Positions 42,704 to 52,787 of a stretch of 64,000 bases of DNA are shown one piece after another. Within the stretch, counting starts at the first letter, position 1. Each line of letters begins with the position of its first letter. The translations under genes and the position numbers were made by a program. The DNA is from Patescibacteria group bacterium UBA2196 (GTDB lineage Bacteria > Patescibacteriota > Patescibacteriia > UBA2196), in contig DCVE01000014.1 of the NCBI GenBank assembly GCA_002328025.1, forward strand, positions 5,882-69,881, in the 5' to 3' direction. Under the pieces are notes generated by a model that was not told the DNA's origin, did not search any database, and saw nothing but the letters and a program-made list of their open reading frames with translations.

Positions 42704-43630
42704 ATGAAAAAAATAACTAAGCAGCCAAAAACATTAGTGATGGTTTTGATTATGGCCATTGCACTGGCTTTATTAGTTTTTGATATAGTTTGGATTTATA
42801 CCCAGGTGAAAAAAGCATATTTGACACAGGGTTCAGGAGTGGAACTTAATAATGTTGAGCTTAATAGCACTGAGAAAGTTAGCAATGATAAAAACGATAA
42901 ACAGAGTTTTACCTTACGTGGTTTTTTTATTAATAAAGATGTTTCTGCGTGCGGGTACTATAGTGATGGAAAAAATATTTTTTTTGAAGATAATATAATA
43001 GAAAACGCAGATTTGGAAACTTTTGATATAGTTGGACTAACCAATGATTCTTATCTAAGTTGTTTTAAAGAGGAATACACGAGAGATAAAAATTTTGTTT
43101 ATTCGTTTGGAAGAAAAATTGAAGGTGCTGATCAAAATACATTCGAATTGCTGAATCGTGTCTATGCTAAGGATAAAAATTTTGTTTATTCGTTTGGAAG
43201 AAAAATTGACGGAGCCGATTCTGATACGTTTAAAGTGTTGGGTGATTATTATGCTAAAGATAAAAACAGTGCTTATTGTGATCGGAAGAAAATGGATCCC
43301 AGTGTAGATATTAATTCTTTCCAGTCTTTAGATTATAATTATGCAAAAGATAAAAACAGTGTTTATAAACATGGTTTAAAAATTGATAGGGATGTAGATT
43401 CATTCATAATTATCAATAGTATGTATTCTAAGGACAATCTTGGGGTTTATTTTGAAGCAGATTTTGTGCCATTAGAAAAAATTGAAGGAGCTGATCCACA
43501 CACATTCGAAGTTGTCTATCAAAAAAATTCTAATGGCTACATTATAAATGAATATGCAAAAGATAAAAACAATGTTTATAGAGATGGTCAATTAATTGAA
43601 GGCGCAGATCCAAAGACATACAAACCGTAA
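42704..43630 (+). CDS. DKNYY-repeat family membrane-anchored protein
   Basis: N-terminal TM; repeated YAKDKN.VY..G.KIEGAD..TF units. Confidence 0.85.
   Translation: MKKITKQPKTLVMVLIMAIALALLVFDIVWIYTQVKKAYLTQGSGVELNNVELNSTEKVSNDKNDKQSFTLRGFFINKDVSACGYYSDGKNIFFEDNIIENADLETFDIVGLTNDSYLSCFKEEYTRDKNFVYSFGRKIEGADQNTFELLNRVYAKDKNFVYSFGRKIDGADSDTFKVLGDYYAKDKNSAYCDRKKMDPSVDINSFQSLDYNYAKDKNSVYKHGLKIDRDVDSFIIINSMYSKDNLGVYFEADFVPLEKIEGADPHTFEVVYQKNSNGYIINEYAKDKNNVYRDGQLIEGADPKTYKP
43085..43209 (+). repeat. 38-bp exact direct repeat (87-bp period) within DKNYY gene
   Basis: GATAAAAATTTTGTTTATTCGTTTGGAAGAAAAATTGA at 43085 and 43172. Confidence 0.85.
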
Positions 43631-43702
43631 AAGCTATACGAATAAAAAAAATATAATGAAGCTGTTTCTACATTTAAATTTATAAAGTAACAAAATAATT
43701 TT

Positions 43703-43738
43703 TGTGGGAGATCCGCCAGTCCCGGATCGTTGACCACA
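43703..43738 (+). promoter_or_regulatory. Putative L1-binding autoregulatory mRNA leader
   Basis: TGTGGGAG-atccg..cggatc-gttGACCACA hairpin directly upstream of rplA start. Confidence 0.55.
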
Positions 43739-43752
43739 CAACATTTAATACT

Positions 43753-44439
43753 ATGAAAAAGCAAATTGTAAAGAAGAAAGAGAAAAAAGTTGATTCTAAA
43801 ATTGAAAAAGGCAAAGCTTATTCAATTGAAGAAGGAATTAAACTTTTAAAAGAAAGTGTTAAAGCCAAGTTTGACGAATCCGTGGAGCTGCATTTGCATT
43901 TAGGAACCAATCCAGCCAAGGGTGAACAACAGGTTCGTTCCACCGTGGTTTTACCACATGGAACTGGCAAGACAAAAAAAATAGTTGTCTTTACTGAAAA
44001 TGACAAAGAAGCTTTGGAAGCCGGCGCTGATTTGGCGGGTGGCAAAGAATTGATTGATAAAATTAAAGCCACTGGTGTTGTTGATTTTGAAGTGGCAGTG
44101 TCCACACCAGCCATGATGAAAGAGTTGGCTCAAATTGCAAAAATTTTAGGTCCTCGAGGTTTAATGCCCAGTCCAAAAAACGAAACCGTTACGACCAATA
44201 TCAAAAAAGTGGTGGCTGAATTAAAAGGTGGCAAAGTGGCTTTTAAAAGTGATGAAACTTCCAATATTCATCAAATGATTGGCAAGGTTTCTTGGTCAGA
44301 AGATAAAATTAAAGAAAACATTCAATTTTTTACAGAAGCTGTAAAAAAGGCCAAGCCGGCCGGCGTAAAAGGTGATTATATAAAAAACGTGGTTTTGTGT
44401 TCCACCATGGGACCTGGCATCAAGCTTGATATTAGATAA
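43753..44439 (+). CDS. rplA: 50S ribosomal protein L1
   Basis: KFDESVE, LPHGTGK, ILGPRGLMPSPK, STMGPG. Confidence 0.97.
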   Translation: MKKQIVKKKEKKVDSKIEKGKAYSIEEGIKLLKESVKAKFDESVELHLHLGTNPAKGEQQVRSTVVLPHGTGKTKKIVVFTENDKEALEAGADLAGGKELIDKIKATGVVDFEVAVSTPAMMKELAQIAKILGPRGLMPSPKNETVTTNIKKVVAELKGGKVAFKSDETSNIHQMIGKVSWSEDKIKENIQFFTEAVKKAKPAGVKGDYIKNVVLCSTMGPGIKLDIR

Positions 44440-44454
44440 AATATATTTTTTATT

Positions 44455-44495
44455 AAAAAACTGTTTCGTGATAATTGCGGAGCGGTTTTTTATTT
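44455..44495 (+). terminator. Intrinsic terminator after rplA
   Basis: AAAAAACTGTTTCGT..GCGGAGCGGTTTTTT stem (with G-U pairs) and T tract. Confidence 0.6.
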
Positions 44496-44509
44496 GTTAT
44501 ACTTAAGTC

Positions 44510-45925
44510 ATGAGGAAGGTAATTTTAATTTGTTTCGCTATTATACTTGTTTTTACTGCGGTATTTTTTTGGTCTGCAAAAACCAAGGCTGTTGTTGAAA
44601 ACTCGGTCATTAAAATTTTTAGTACCAAGACCGGCGCATTAGAAAGCGCCATCGCCATTAAAGATATTCGTCCCAACTATTCTTTTGCTTTGGTTGATTT
44701 GGGTGGCGACGGACAAAAAGAAATTTTAATTGGTGCTGGCACTGATATGGAACCAGTTGTAAAAATCTATCGGGCTGATGGCTCGTTAATCAATAGTTTT
44801 TTGGCTTATGCCCAAAATTTTAAAGGCGGTGTCAATGTTTCGGCTTGTAATTTTGATAATGATAATTTGGATGAAATTTTAACCAGTCCGTTTCGCAACG
44901 GTTCGGCACATATCAGAATTTTTGATGGCTATGGTCATCCAAAGATTAATGCTGGTTTTTTTGCTTTTGATAAAAAAGAAACCACCGGCGCTCAAAGCGT
45001 GTGTGCTGATGTAAATGGCGACAAAATTGATGAGATTATTGTGGTGGGGGTTGAAAAGAATGTTCGTGAGATTAGAGTTTTTGATGTCAGTGGTAAATTA
45101 TTAAGTAAAAATAAAATAGATTTTATCGGTAACGATATCAGTTTGGCCAGCCTTGATTTGGGCGGCGATGGTATTGAAGAAATACTCGTCGCTGGTGGAC
45201 GTGGTGACCAACCGTTAATAAAAATATTTCGTGGCGACTTAAGTTTGGTTAATGAATTTTTGGGCTATGAAGATAAAAATTTTAAGATGGGGTTGTCTGT
45301 TTTTGGCGCTGATGTTGACAATGATGGCAAAGGAGAAATTATAGTCACCCCGGGTGTTGGTGGTAAAGCACAAATTAAAATTTTTGATGGTTATGGTAAT
45401 TTAAAAAATACTAATCTGGACATTATTTTTGCGGATAAATTTTTAGGTGGTTTAAAGGTGGCAGTCGGCGATTTGGATGGTGATTTGGAGTTGGAATTTA
45501 TCACTGTACCCAAAAGTTTGCCAGTTGGTAAAACAGATCTTTATAAATATATTGATGTTGATGTCAGTGAACAACGTTTTCGATATTATCAAAACGGTTA
45601 TTTGGTTGATGATTTACAAACTTCCACCGGCAAACCATCTACACCCACCAGATTGGGAGAATTTACAGCTTTTTCAAAATATGAAATGGCTTATGGTGGA
45701 GCCGACGGACAAAGATGGGGTATGCCATATTTTATTGGTTTTTATAAATCCGGTTCACTGGAAAATGGTATTCATGAGCTGCCCTTTCTTGGTGGACGAC
45801 GCGAAGGTGAGCGCAGTTTGGGTATCGCGGTTTCGCATGGTTGTGTGCGTTTGGGTATTGGCCGAGCCAGAGAAGTTTATGATTGGTTAGAAATTAATAA
45901 AACTAAAGTTTTTGTTCATAAATAA
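44510..45925 (+). CDS. L,D-transpeptidase with FG-GAP-like repeats
   Basis: Signal peptide; DLGGDG..EI repeats; STG...TPT, GIH, SHGCVRL. Confidence 0.88.
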   Translation: MRKVILICFAIILVFTAVFFWSAKTKAVVENSVIKIFSTKTGALESAIAIKDIRPNYSFALVDLGGDGQKEILIGAGTDMEPVVKIYRADGSLINSFLAYAQNFKGGVNVSACNFDNDNLDEILTSPFRNGSAHIRIFDGYGHPKINAGFFAFDKKETTGAQSVCADVNGDKIDEIIVVGVEKNVREIRVFDVSGKLLSKNKIDFIGNDISLASLDLGGDGIEEILVAGGRGDQPLIKIFRGDLSLVNEFLGYEDKNFKMGLSVFGADVDNDGKGEIIVTPGVGGKAQIKIFDGYGNLKNTNLDIIFADKFLGGLKVAVGDLDGDLELEFITVPKSLPVGKTDLYKYIDVDVSEQRFRYYQNGYLVDDLQTSTGKPSTPTRLGEFTAFSKYEMAYGGADGQRWGMPYFIGFYKSGSLENGIHELPFLGGRREGERSLGIAVSHGCVRLGIGRAREVYDWLEINKTKVFVHK

Positions 45926-45936
45926 AATATTAAAAT

Positions 45937-46506
45937 ATGTTAAATAAAAAATTTATCCAGAAATTAAAAAAAGATTATGAAAAACAAGAAGGCGAGCGAC
46001 GGCAGATAATCGCTTTGTCTAATGATGTTTTGCATGCTTCAAAAAGAGTTATTTTTTCTTTACATCGTTTTGAAATACAACCAGCCGGGGAGAGTTTAAA
46101 AAACATTGAAAAAACTTTTTTAGCTTTAAAAAAGAAATTTGGTTTGGAAAGGTTAAACGTGGAAGGTTCTTACAAAGCCGGAGTGGAAGAATATGTGGAG
46201 GCCAAAATGTTTTATTTATTTATGACTGGTGCTAAGATTGATGCTATTAAGGGCCTAGATTTGAGCCTAGAAGGCTATTTGGGCGGCATTTGTGACCTAA
46301 CTGGTGAATTAGTTCGTTTGGCCACCAATCTGGCAGCTGACGGCAAAATTGTGGAAGCCAAGAAAATTAAGTCCACCATTGTTGCGGTCCTAGCTGAACT
46401 GGTGGGTTTTGATCTAACCGGCTATTTACGCACTAAATATGATCAAGCCAAAACTAATTTGCGCAAAATTGAACAGATTAATTACGAACTAAGTTTAAGA
46501 AAATAA
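45937..46506 (+). CDS. Translin/TRAX (C3PO) family protein
   Basis: SKRVIFSLHR, GVEEYVEA, YLGGICDLTGELVR. Confidence 0.8.
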   Translation: MLNKKFIQKLKKDYEKQEGERRQIIALSNDVLHASKRVIFSLHRFEIQPAGESLKNIEKTFLALKKKFGLERLNVEGSYKAGVEEYVEAKMFYLFMTGAKIDAIKGLDLSLEGYLGGICDLTGELVRLATNLAADGKIVEAKKIKSTIVAVLAELVGFDLTGYLRTKYDQAKTNLRKIEQINYELSLRK

Positions 46507-46518
46507 ATTTTAAATAAT

Positions 46519-47052
46519 ATGACAGAAGAACGTCAACATTATCGACCCTCTTGGGATGATTATTTTATGGCCATCGCTAAAATTATTGCAAGTCGCGGCA
46601 CTTGCGATCGTCTTTATTCTGGTGCGGTGCTTGTGAAAAACAATCGAATTATTTCCACTGGTTATAATGGTTCTCCGCCAAATTTGCCACACTGCCATGA
46701 CGTGGGTCATTTATTAGAAGACGCACACTGTGTGCGTACAATTCATGGTGAACACAATGCATTATTGCAAGCAGCGGTTCAAGGCGGAACAAGCACCACC
46801 GATTCCACACTTTATACCAAATATAGCCCTTGTATTCATTGTGCTAAATATATTGTAGCTTGTGGAATTAAGCGTGTGGTAATGGCTAGAGTTTATCGTA
46901 ATAATCAAGCGGTAGATTATCTAAAAAGTGTTGGTATCCAGGTGGATATTTATCAGGAAAATATAAAATGGCACGACGAAATTATTCAAATTTTTGATGA
47001 AGATATTCCAGAAAGAGTTAATGAAGGAACTGTTAAATTAGAAATCAACTAA
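46519..47052 (+). CDS. dCMP deaminase (ComEB-like)
   Basis: RPSWDDYFM, GAVLV..STGYNG, HGEHNA, PCIHC. Confidence 0.92.
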   Translation: MTEERQHYRPSWDDYFMAIAKIIASRGTCDRLYSGAVLVKNNRIISTGYNGSPPNLPHCHDVGHLLEDAHCVRTIHGEHNALLQAAVQGGTSTTDSTLYTKYSPCIHCAKYIVACGIKRVVMARVYRNNQAVDYLKSVGIQVDIYQENIKWHDEIIQIFDEDIPERVNEGTVKLEIN

Positions 47053-47055
47053 AAT

Positions 47056-47628
47056 ATGAATGATAATAAACAAATTATTATTGGCATTACCGGTACACTT
47101 GGTGCTGGTAAGGGTACTGTTGTTGATTATTTAAAGACAAAAGGTTTTAAACATTATTCAGTTAGAAATTTTTTAATGGAAGAAATAAAAAAAAGAAACT
47201 TACCGATTAATCGAGACAGTATGGTAATAGTAGCCAATGATTTAAGAGAAAAAAAATATCCAGGCTATATTGTAGAGTGTCTTTATCAAAAAGCCAAAGA
47301 AAATTATGATAATGCAATTATTGAAAGTATTAGAAATTTGGGTGAAATAGAAACTCTTAAAAACAAAGGAAATTTTTATTTATTCGCAGTAGACGCTGAT
47401 CCAAAAATCAGATATTCTAGAATTGTCGGTAGAAAAAGCGAGACTGATAAAATCAGTTTTGAAAAATTTTTAGAAGATGAAAAAAAAGAAATAAACAACA
47501 CAGAGGCACACACACAAAATTTGAGTGCTTGTATAAAAAAAGCTGATTTTTTATTAGATAATAATACTACTCTTGACGACTTGCATATACAAATTGAAAA
47601 AATATTAGAAAAAATAATTGCAGATTAA
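47056..47628 (+). CDS. P-loop nucleotide kinase (dephospho-CoA/dNMP kinase-like)
   Basis: IGITGTLGAGKGT, ESIRN..E, R..RI..R, AD....NN. Confidence 0.75.
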   Translation: MNDNKQIIIGITGTLGAGKGTVVDYLKTKGFKHYSVRNFLMEEIKKRNLPINRDSMVIVANDLREKKYPGYIVECLYQKAKENYDNAIIESIRNLGEIETLKNKGNFYLFAVDADPKIRYSRIVGRKSETDKISFEKFLEDEKKEINNTEAHTQNLSACIKKADFLLDNNTTLDDLHIQIEKILEKIIAD

Positions 47629-47642
47629 ATCAAAAGAAAGTT

Positions 47643-48362
47643 ATGAGAAAAAATATTTTAATCACAGGTATGCCAAGAAGTGGTAAATCCACAATTCTAA
47701 AAAAAATAATTAAAAAATATGATAGAAAGGTTGGTTTTGTTACTGATGAAGTTCGAGAAAATGGAGAAAGAGTTGGGTTTCAAATAGAAACACATACTGG
47801 AGAAAAAACCATGCTTGCAAATATAAATTTTAAAACCAACTTTAAAGTTTCAAGATATTTTGTTGATGTTAATAATCTTGATCAGGTAATCCCAAAAGTT
47901 TCTGTGTTTAATAATGATGATTTATTATTTCTTGATGAAATCGGTCAAATGGAATTATTTTCAGAAAAATTTAAAAATCTTGTTTACGAGTATCTAGATT
48001 CTTCAAATGTTTGTATCGCAACTTTATCTAAGATATTTAGTGATGCATTTACTGAAAAAATAAAAAACAGAGATGATGTAATTATTGTTGAAATAAATGA
48101 AGAGACTCGTGATGTGAAAGAAAAGTATCTTGAAATCTTATTAACAAAAATTTTAAAGGCAAAAAGATACATTTCCGATTTAGAAAGATTTATGGTTAAC
48201 CAAAATGAGGCAAACATGGTTACAGATCATGGAACTAGAAAATTAACAAAACAAAAAGAAGGATGGATTTGTGATTGTGATTTTTTTCTAGAAAATGATA
48301 TCTGTAGTCATGTTATTGCACTCAACGAATATCAAAAAATCATCAATGAACCTCAAAATTAA
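47643..48362 (+). CDS. THEP1/NTPase_1 family nucleoside triphosphatase with C-terminal SWIM zinc finger
   Basis: ITGMPRSGKST, GF.T.EVRE.GER.GF, LDEIGQME; CDC-x7-CSH. Confidence 0.82.
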   Translation: MRKNILITGMPRSGKSTILKKIIKKYDRKVGFVTDEVRENGERVGFQIETHTGEKTMLANINFKTNFKVSRYFVDVNNLDQVIPKVSVFNNDDLLFLDEIGQMELFSEKFKNLVYEYLDSSNVCIATLSKIFSDAFTEKIKNRDDVIIVEINEETRDVKEKYLEILLTKILKAKRYISDLERFMVNQNEANMVTDHGTRKLTKQKEGWICDCDFFLENDICSHVIALNEYQKIINEPQN

Positions 48363-48768
48363 AAAAATCTATTCCGACGCACACCTGCCAACTTATGGCC
48401 GACCTGGCGATGCTGGTATGGATTTATATTCTTATGAAGAAAAAGAATTATTGCCTGGCGAAAGATACACCTTTAAAACCGGTGTGGCAATTGAAGTTCC
48501 AACTGGTTTTGTAATGTTAATTTGGGACAGATCTGGGTTGCCCATTAAACACGGTTTAACAACTCTGGCCGGTGTGATTGATTCAAATTTTAGGGGTGAA
48601 ATTGGTGTCTGTATTTTAAACACTGGCCAAGAAAAATATTTTGTCCACAAAAACGATCGCATTGCGCAGTTTTTAATTCAAAAAATTGAACCACTAGAAA
48701 TCATTGAAGTTAATGAATTATCCACTACTGATAGGGGAGAAAATTGGCAGGCTTCCAGTGGCTATTGA
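48346..48768 (+). CDS. dut: dUTP diphosphatase
   Basis: GDAGMDL, RSGL, GVIDSNFRGEI, RIAQ. Confidence 0.93.
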   Translation: MNLKIKKIYSDAHLPTYGRPGDAGMDLYSYEEKELLPGERYTFKTGVAIEVPTGFVMLIWDRSGLPIKHGLTTLAGVIDSNFRGEIGVCILNTGQEKYFVHKNDRIAQFLIQKIEPLEIIEVNELSTTDRGENWQASSGY

Positions 48769-49030
48769 TAATTTTTTAAAATAGATTAAGATAAAACAAA
48801 ACAAACTCACAATTTAAGGCTGGAGGGAAAGAAAGTGCGCAGAAAAAATATTGACCTAGATGTGGGGAGCGCAAACTTAGAGTTGAGAAACAGGTTTGTG
48901 CTAACCACGATTGGTTTCAGGTGGCATACATCTGCTTGTCAGGAGGGTATTTTTCCCGTCATTTTTTTCAACCCGAAAAGCATACTCTTATGCCTTTCAT
49001 TTTTTTTTCATTATGTTAAAATATAAATAT

Positions 49031-50539
49031 ATGAAAAATCAAAATTATCAACCCACCATTGGCCTAGAAATCCATGTTGAATTAAAAACCAAAACTAAAA
49101 TGTTTTGCGCTTGTTTAAATGAAACCTGGAAAATTGGTCAAGAAGAACTTTTGCCCAATAAAAATATTTGTCCGGTTTGTATGGGTCATCCCGGCACCTT
49201 GCCAGCCATTAATAAAGAAGCTGTAAAAATGGTCATCAAAACTGGTCTGGCTTTAAATTCCACTATTGCGGAAAAATCCAAATTTGATCGTAAACAATAT
49301 TTTTATCCTGATTTACCCAAGGGTTATCAAATTTCTCAATATGACCAACCTTTGTGTAGCGGTGGCGAATTAGAAATTAATGGCAAAAAAATTGGTATCA
49401 CCCGCATTCACTTAGAAGAAGATACTGGCAAGCTTTCACACAGCACTGCTGCCACATTAATTGATTATAATCGGGCTGGCGTGCCATTAATGGAATTGGT
49501 CACCGAGCCGGACATTAACTCGGCTCTGGAAGCCAAAGAATTTTGTCAGGAATTGCAGCTCATTTTAAGAGAGCTGGAAGTTTCCGACGCTGATATGGAA
49601 AAAGGGCAGATGCGCTGTGAAGTCAACATTTCTTTAAGTGCAACCAAAGAGCTGGGCACCAAAGTTGAAATTAAAAATTTAAATTCTTTTCGATCTGTAG
49701 AAAGAGCTGTTAATTACGAAATTGAAAGACAGACAAAAGCCTTGGAGAGCGGGGAAAAAATTATGCAGGAAACGCGTGGTTGGAATGATACAAAACAAGA
49801 AACTTACACACAACGCGTTAAAGAAGGCTCGGCTGACTATCGCTATTTTCCAGAACCCGATTTGCCGCCTTTGGATTTTTCACAAGATTCTGAAATTGAT
49901 TTAGCGGCTCTAAAAAATAGTTTACCCGAATTGCCGGCTCAAAAACGAGCGCGTTTTATGAACGCCGAAACTGGTTTTAATGCGGCTGATGCCAAAATTT
50001 TAATGAGTGATCCGCTGTTGGCTGATTATGTGGAGCAGGTGATTTCTGAACTAAAAATTTGGTTAAAAGACTCAGGTGTTTTTGAAGGTACGGAAGAAGA
50101 AATTTGGCTTGAAAATAAAGATAAAGTTAATAAATTGGTGACCGGTTGGTTGTTTAGTAAATTGGGTGGTTTATTGACCGCTCGTAAATTGGGCTGGAAT
50201 CAAAACACCATCAGCGCTGAAAATTTTGCCGAATTTATTACCATGCTTTTTACTCGTCAGGTCTCCACCAAAAACGCCAATCTGTTATTGGAAAGAATGT
50301 TGGAAACCGGTGGCGATCCGTCTAATATTTTGGTAGATGAAAACTTAAATCAAAGTGATGACTTTAATTTAGCAGCAGTTGTGGACGGTGTTATAAACAC
50401 CAATCCAGCGCAAGTACAAGAATTTAAAGCCGGCAAAAGTGTTTTAATTAAATTTTTTCTAGGTGCCGTGATGAAAGAATCCAAAGGCCAAGCCGATCCA
50501 GTTGAAGCCGAAAATATGCTTTTACAAAAACTGAGTTAA
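49031..50539 (+). CDS. gatB: Asp/Glu-tRNA amidotransferase subunit B
   Basis: IGLEIHVEL, YFYPDLPKGYQISQ, NRAGVPLMELVTEP, YRYFPEPDLPP. Confidence 0.97.
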   Translation: MKNQNYQPTIGLEIHVELKTKTKMFCACLNETWKIGQEELLPNKNICPVCMGHPGTLPAINKEAVKMVIKTGLALNSTIAEKSKFDRKQYFYPDLPKGYQISQYDQPLCSGGELEINGKKIGITRIHLEEDTGKLSHSTAATLIDYNRAGVPLMELVTEPDINSALEAKEFCQELQLILRELEVSDADMEKGQMRCEVNISLSATKELGTKVEIKNLNSFRSVERAVNYEIERQTKALESGEKIMQETRGWNDTKQETYTQRVKEGSADYRYFPEPDLPPLDFSQDSEIDLAALKNSLPELPAQKRARFMNAETGFNAADAKILMSDPLLADYVEQVISELKIWLKDSGVFEGTEEEIWLENKDKVNKLVTGWLFSKLGGLLTARKLGWNQNTISAENFAEFITMLFTRQVSTKNANLLLERMLETGGDPSNILVDENLNQSDDFNLAAVVDGVINTNPAQVQEFKAGKSVLIKFFLGAVMKESKGQADPVEAENMLLQKLS

Positions 50540-50541
50540 AA

Positions 50542-51459
50542 TTATAAAAATTTTTTGACCGTCTTTTCTGCCGCGCCATAATTTTTTATCCACTTAATAT
50601 TTTTATTGCGAGAAAACCAGGTCATCTGACGTTTGGCAAATTGGTGAGTATGAATTTTTATTAGTTCTGCGGCTTGTTCCAAAGTCGTTTTTTTGTTTAA
50701 GTGGTCAACCATTTCTTTATAGCCAATGGTTTCTAAAGGCACGGCAGTTAAGCCGTATTTTTTAATTATTTTTTTTGTTTCTTCAACCAAACCGTCTTTT
50801 AACATTTGATCTACCCGCTGGTTTATTCTTTCTTTTATTAGCTGTCTTTCAATTTTAATTCCAATTTGCAAGACATTAAATATTGATTCTTTTTTTTGTC
50901 TTAATTCTGAAAATTTATAACCAGCCAAACAAACTTCTAATGCTCGGTCAACTCGGCGCGGATTTTTTAAATCCATAAATTGTAAACTGGCTGGATCCAT
51001 TTTTTTTAATAATTTTACTTTGTCTACCAGAGTCATGCTGGTCATTTTTTTTCTGACTTTAAAATCTGGTTTAATTTTTGGGATGTCATAATTATCAACA
51101 ATAGCTGAAATATATAGGCCAGTGCCACCAACCACAATGGGTAGTTTGCCGCGTTTCAAAATACCTTGGATTGTTTTTAGGGCTAATTTTTTATACTTGG
51201 CCACATTAAATTTTTGATTTGGATTTATAACATCAATTAGGTGATGGGGGATAGTTATTTTATTTTGTTGGTAATCTTTTAAATCTTTGCCAGTTCCAAT
51301 ATCCATTTCACGATAAACCTGCCGACTGTCAGCTGAAATTATTTCACCATTAAACCGCTGAGCCAGTTTAACTGCCAATTTGGTTTTTCCACTGGCCGTT
51401 GGCCCCACAATAACGACTATTTTGGCTAATTTGTGCTTGTTTTTAGTTAAACTTGACAT
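50542..51459 (-). CDS. miaA: tRNA dimethylallyltransferase
   Basis: GPTASGKT, SADSRQVY, GGTGLY, AKRQMTWF. Confidence 0.97.
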   Translation of the reverse strand: MSSLTKNKHKLAKIVVIVGPTASGKTKLAVKLAQRFNGEIISADSRQVYREMDIGTGKDLKDYQQNKITIPHHLIDVINPNQKFNVAKYKKLALKTIQGILKRGKLPIVVGGTGLYISAIVDNYDIPKIKPDFKVRKKMTSMTLVDKVKLLKKMDPASLQFMDLKNPRRVDRALEVCLAGYKFSELRQKKESIFNVLQIGIKIERQLIKERINQRVDQMLKDGLVEETKKIIKKYGLTAVPLETIGYKEMVDHLNKKTTLEQAAELIKIHTHQFAKRQMTWFSRNKNIKWIKNYGAAEKTVKKFL

Positions 51460-51512
51460 AACTGTTTTAGGTTTGTGGGCTTGTCAGTCACACTGGCAAG
51501 CTTTTTTTATTT

Positions 51513-52787
51513 TTAAATTATTTCTCCCTCCAGATTCCAAACATTAGCTTTGGTAATTTTTACTTTAACAAAATTGCCCATTAACTTTTTACTATTATCT
51601 TTGGTGCTACCATTAATTTTAATTCTTTTAAAGTTTTTGGTTTTACCAAAAATTAACGCGTTGTCTTTTATTGTGTCTATCAGAACTTCGGTTTCTTGCC
51701 CCAACATTTTTTGGTTATTTTTCAAAGTGGTCTTTTTTAAAATTTCATTTAAAATATTTTTACGTTGTTCTTTTTCTTGTTTACTAATATTGTCTTTTAG
51801 TTTTGACGCCGCGGTGTGTGGACGCGCTGAGTAGGCGGCCAAATAGGCCATATCAAATTTTATTTTTTCCATGGCTTTAATTGTGGCTAAAAAATCTTTT
51901 TTTGTTTCGTTCGGAAAGCCGCTAATTATGTCGGTTGAAATGGTTAGATGCGGATTAACAAAATTATTTTTTCGAATTTTTTTTATCAATTTTTCATAAT
52001 GCGCCACAGTATATTTTCTGTTCATCATTTTTAAAATTTTATTAGAGCCGGACTGCAAAGGCAGGTGTAAATAGGGAACCAGGTGTTTACATTCAGCAAA
52101 ACAATTTATTAATTCATCTGACATGTCTTTGGGGTGCGAGGTTAAAAAAGATAGCCAGTAGTTGCCAGGAATTTTATCAATCTTTTTTAGGAGCTGAACA
52201 AAATTTATTTTTTTTGTTTTTTGTCGGCCGTCATAAGAATTTACGTTTTGACCTAATAAAATTATTTCTTTAACTCCTTGAACAATTAATTTGTTCACCT
52301 CACATAAAATTTCTTTTGCTGGTCTAGAATATTCTCGTCCGCGCGTAAAGGGCACGGCGCAATAAGTACAAAAATTATTACAACCCGTCATGATTGGCAC
52401 ACAAGCTGAAAACTTGGAGGTATAATTTGGTAAAATAGAAAAATAATCTTTTGGTTTTTTTATGCTTATTTTTTTATTTTTTTGAATTTTTTGTGGCCAG
52501 TTGGTCAAGTCTTTGATATCTAAAATTAAATATTTTTTTTCATTAAATTTTTTCTTGTCTTTTGGTAAAATGCAGCCGGTTAAAATAACGGTTTTATCTT
52601 TCGTTTTTCTCAACATTCCCCACACGCGATCAACGGCTGTTTGTCTAACCGAACACAAATTAAAAATTAAAAAATCGGCTTTGTTTTGATCAGCATTTTT
52701 TAAACCCATCTCGTTCATTACAGAAGCGATGCGCTCTGAATCAGAGATGTTCATTTGGCAGCCAAAAGTGGTAATGTTGTAAGTCAT
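51513..52787 (-). CDS. miaB: tRNA methylthiotransferase MiaB
   Basis: TFGCQMN.SDSE, GCNNFCTYC, LLGQNVNSY, HLPLQSGS, TRAM domain; adjacent to miaA. Confidence 0.93.
   Translation of the reverse strand: MTYNITTFGCQMNISDSERIASVMNEMGLKNADQNKADFLIFNLCSVRQTAVDRVWGMLRKTKDKTVILTGCILPKDKKKFNEKKYLILDIKDLTNWPQKIQKNKKISIKKPKDYFSILPNYTSKFSACVPIMTGCNNFCTYCAVPFTRGREYSRPAKEILCEVNKLIVQGVKEIILLGQNVNSYDGRQKTKKINFVQLLKKIDKIPGNYWLSFLTSHPKDMSDELINCFAECKHLVPYLHLPLQSGSNKILKMMNRKYTVAHYEKLIKKIRKNNFVNPHLTISTDIISGFPNETKKDFLATIKAMEKIKFDMAYLAAYSARPHTAASKLKDNISKQEKEQRKNILNEILKKTTLKNNQKMLGQETEVLIDTIKDNALIFGKTKNFKRIKINGSTKDNSKKLMGNFVKVKITKANVWNLEGEII

Noticed and set aside
43085-43209. 38-bp direct repeats as a CRISPR array
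   Set aside because: Only two copies, in frame within DKNYY protein repeats; no cas genes
51513-52787. MiaB as part of the RiPP island
   Set aside because: Ordinary tRNA methylthiotransferase paired with miaA on the opposite strand
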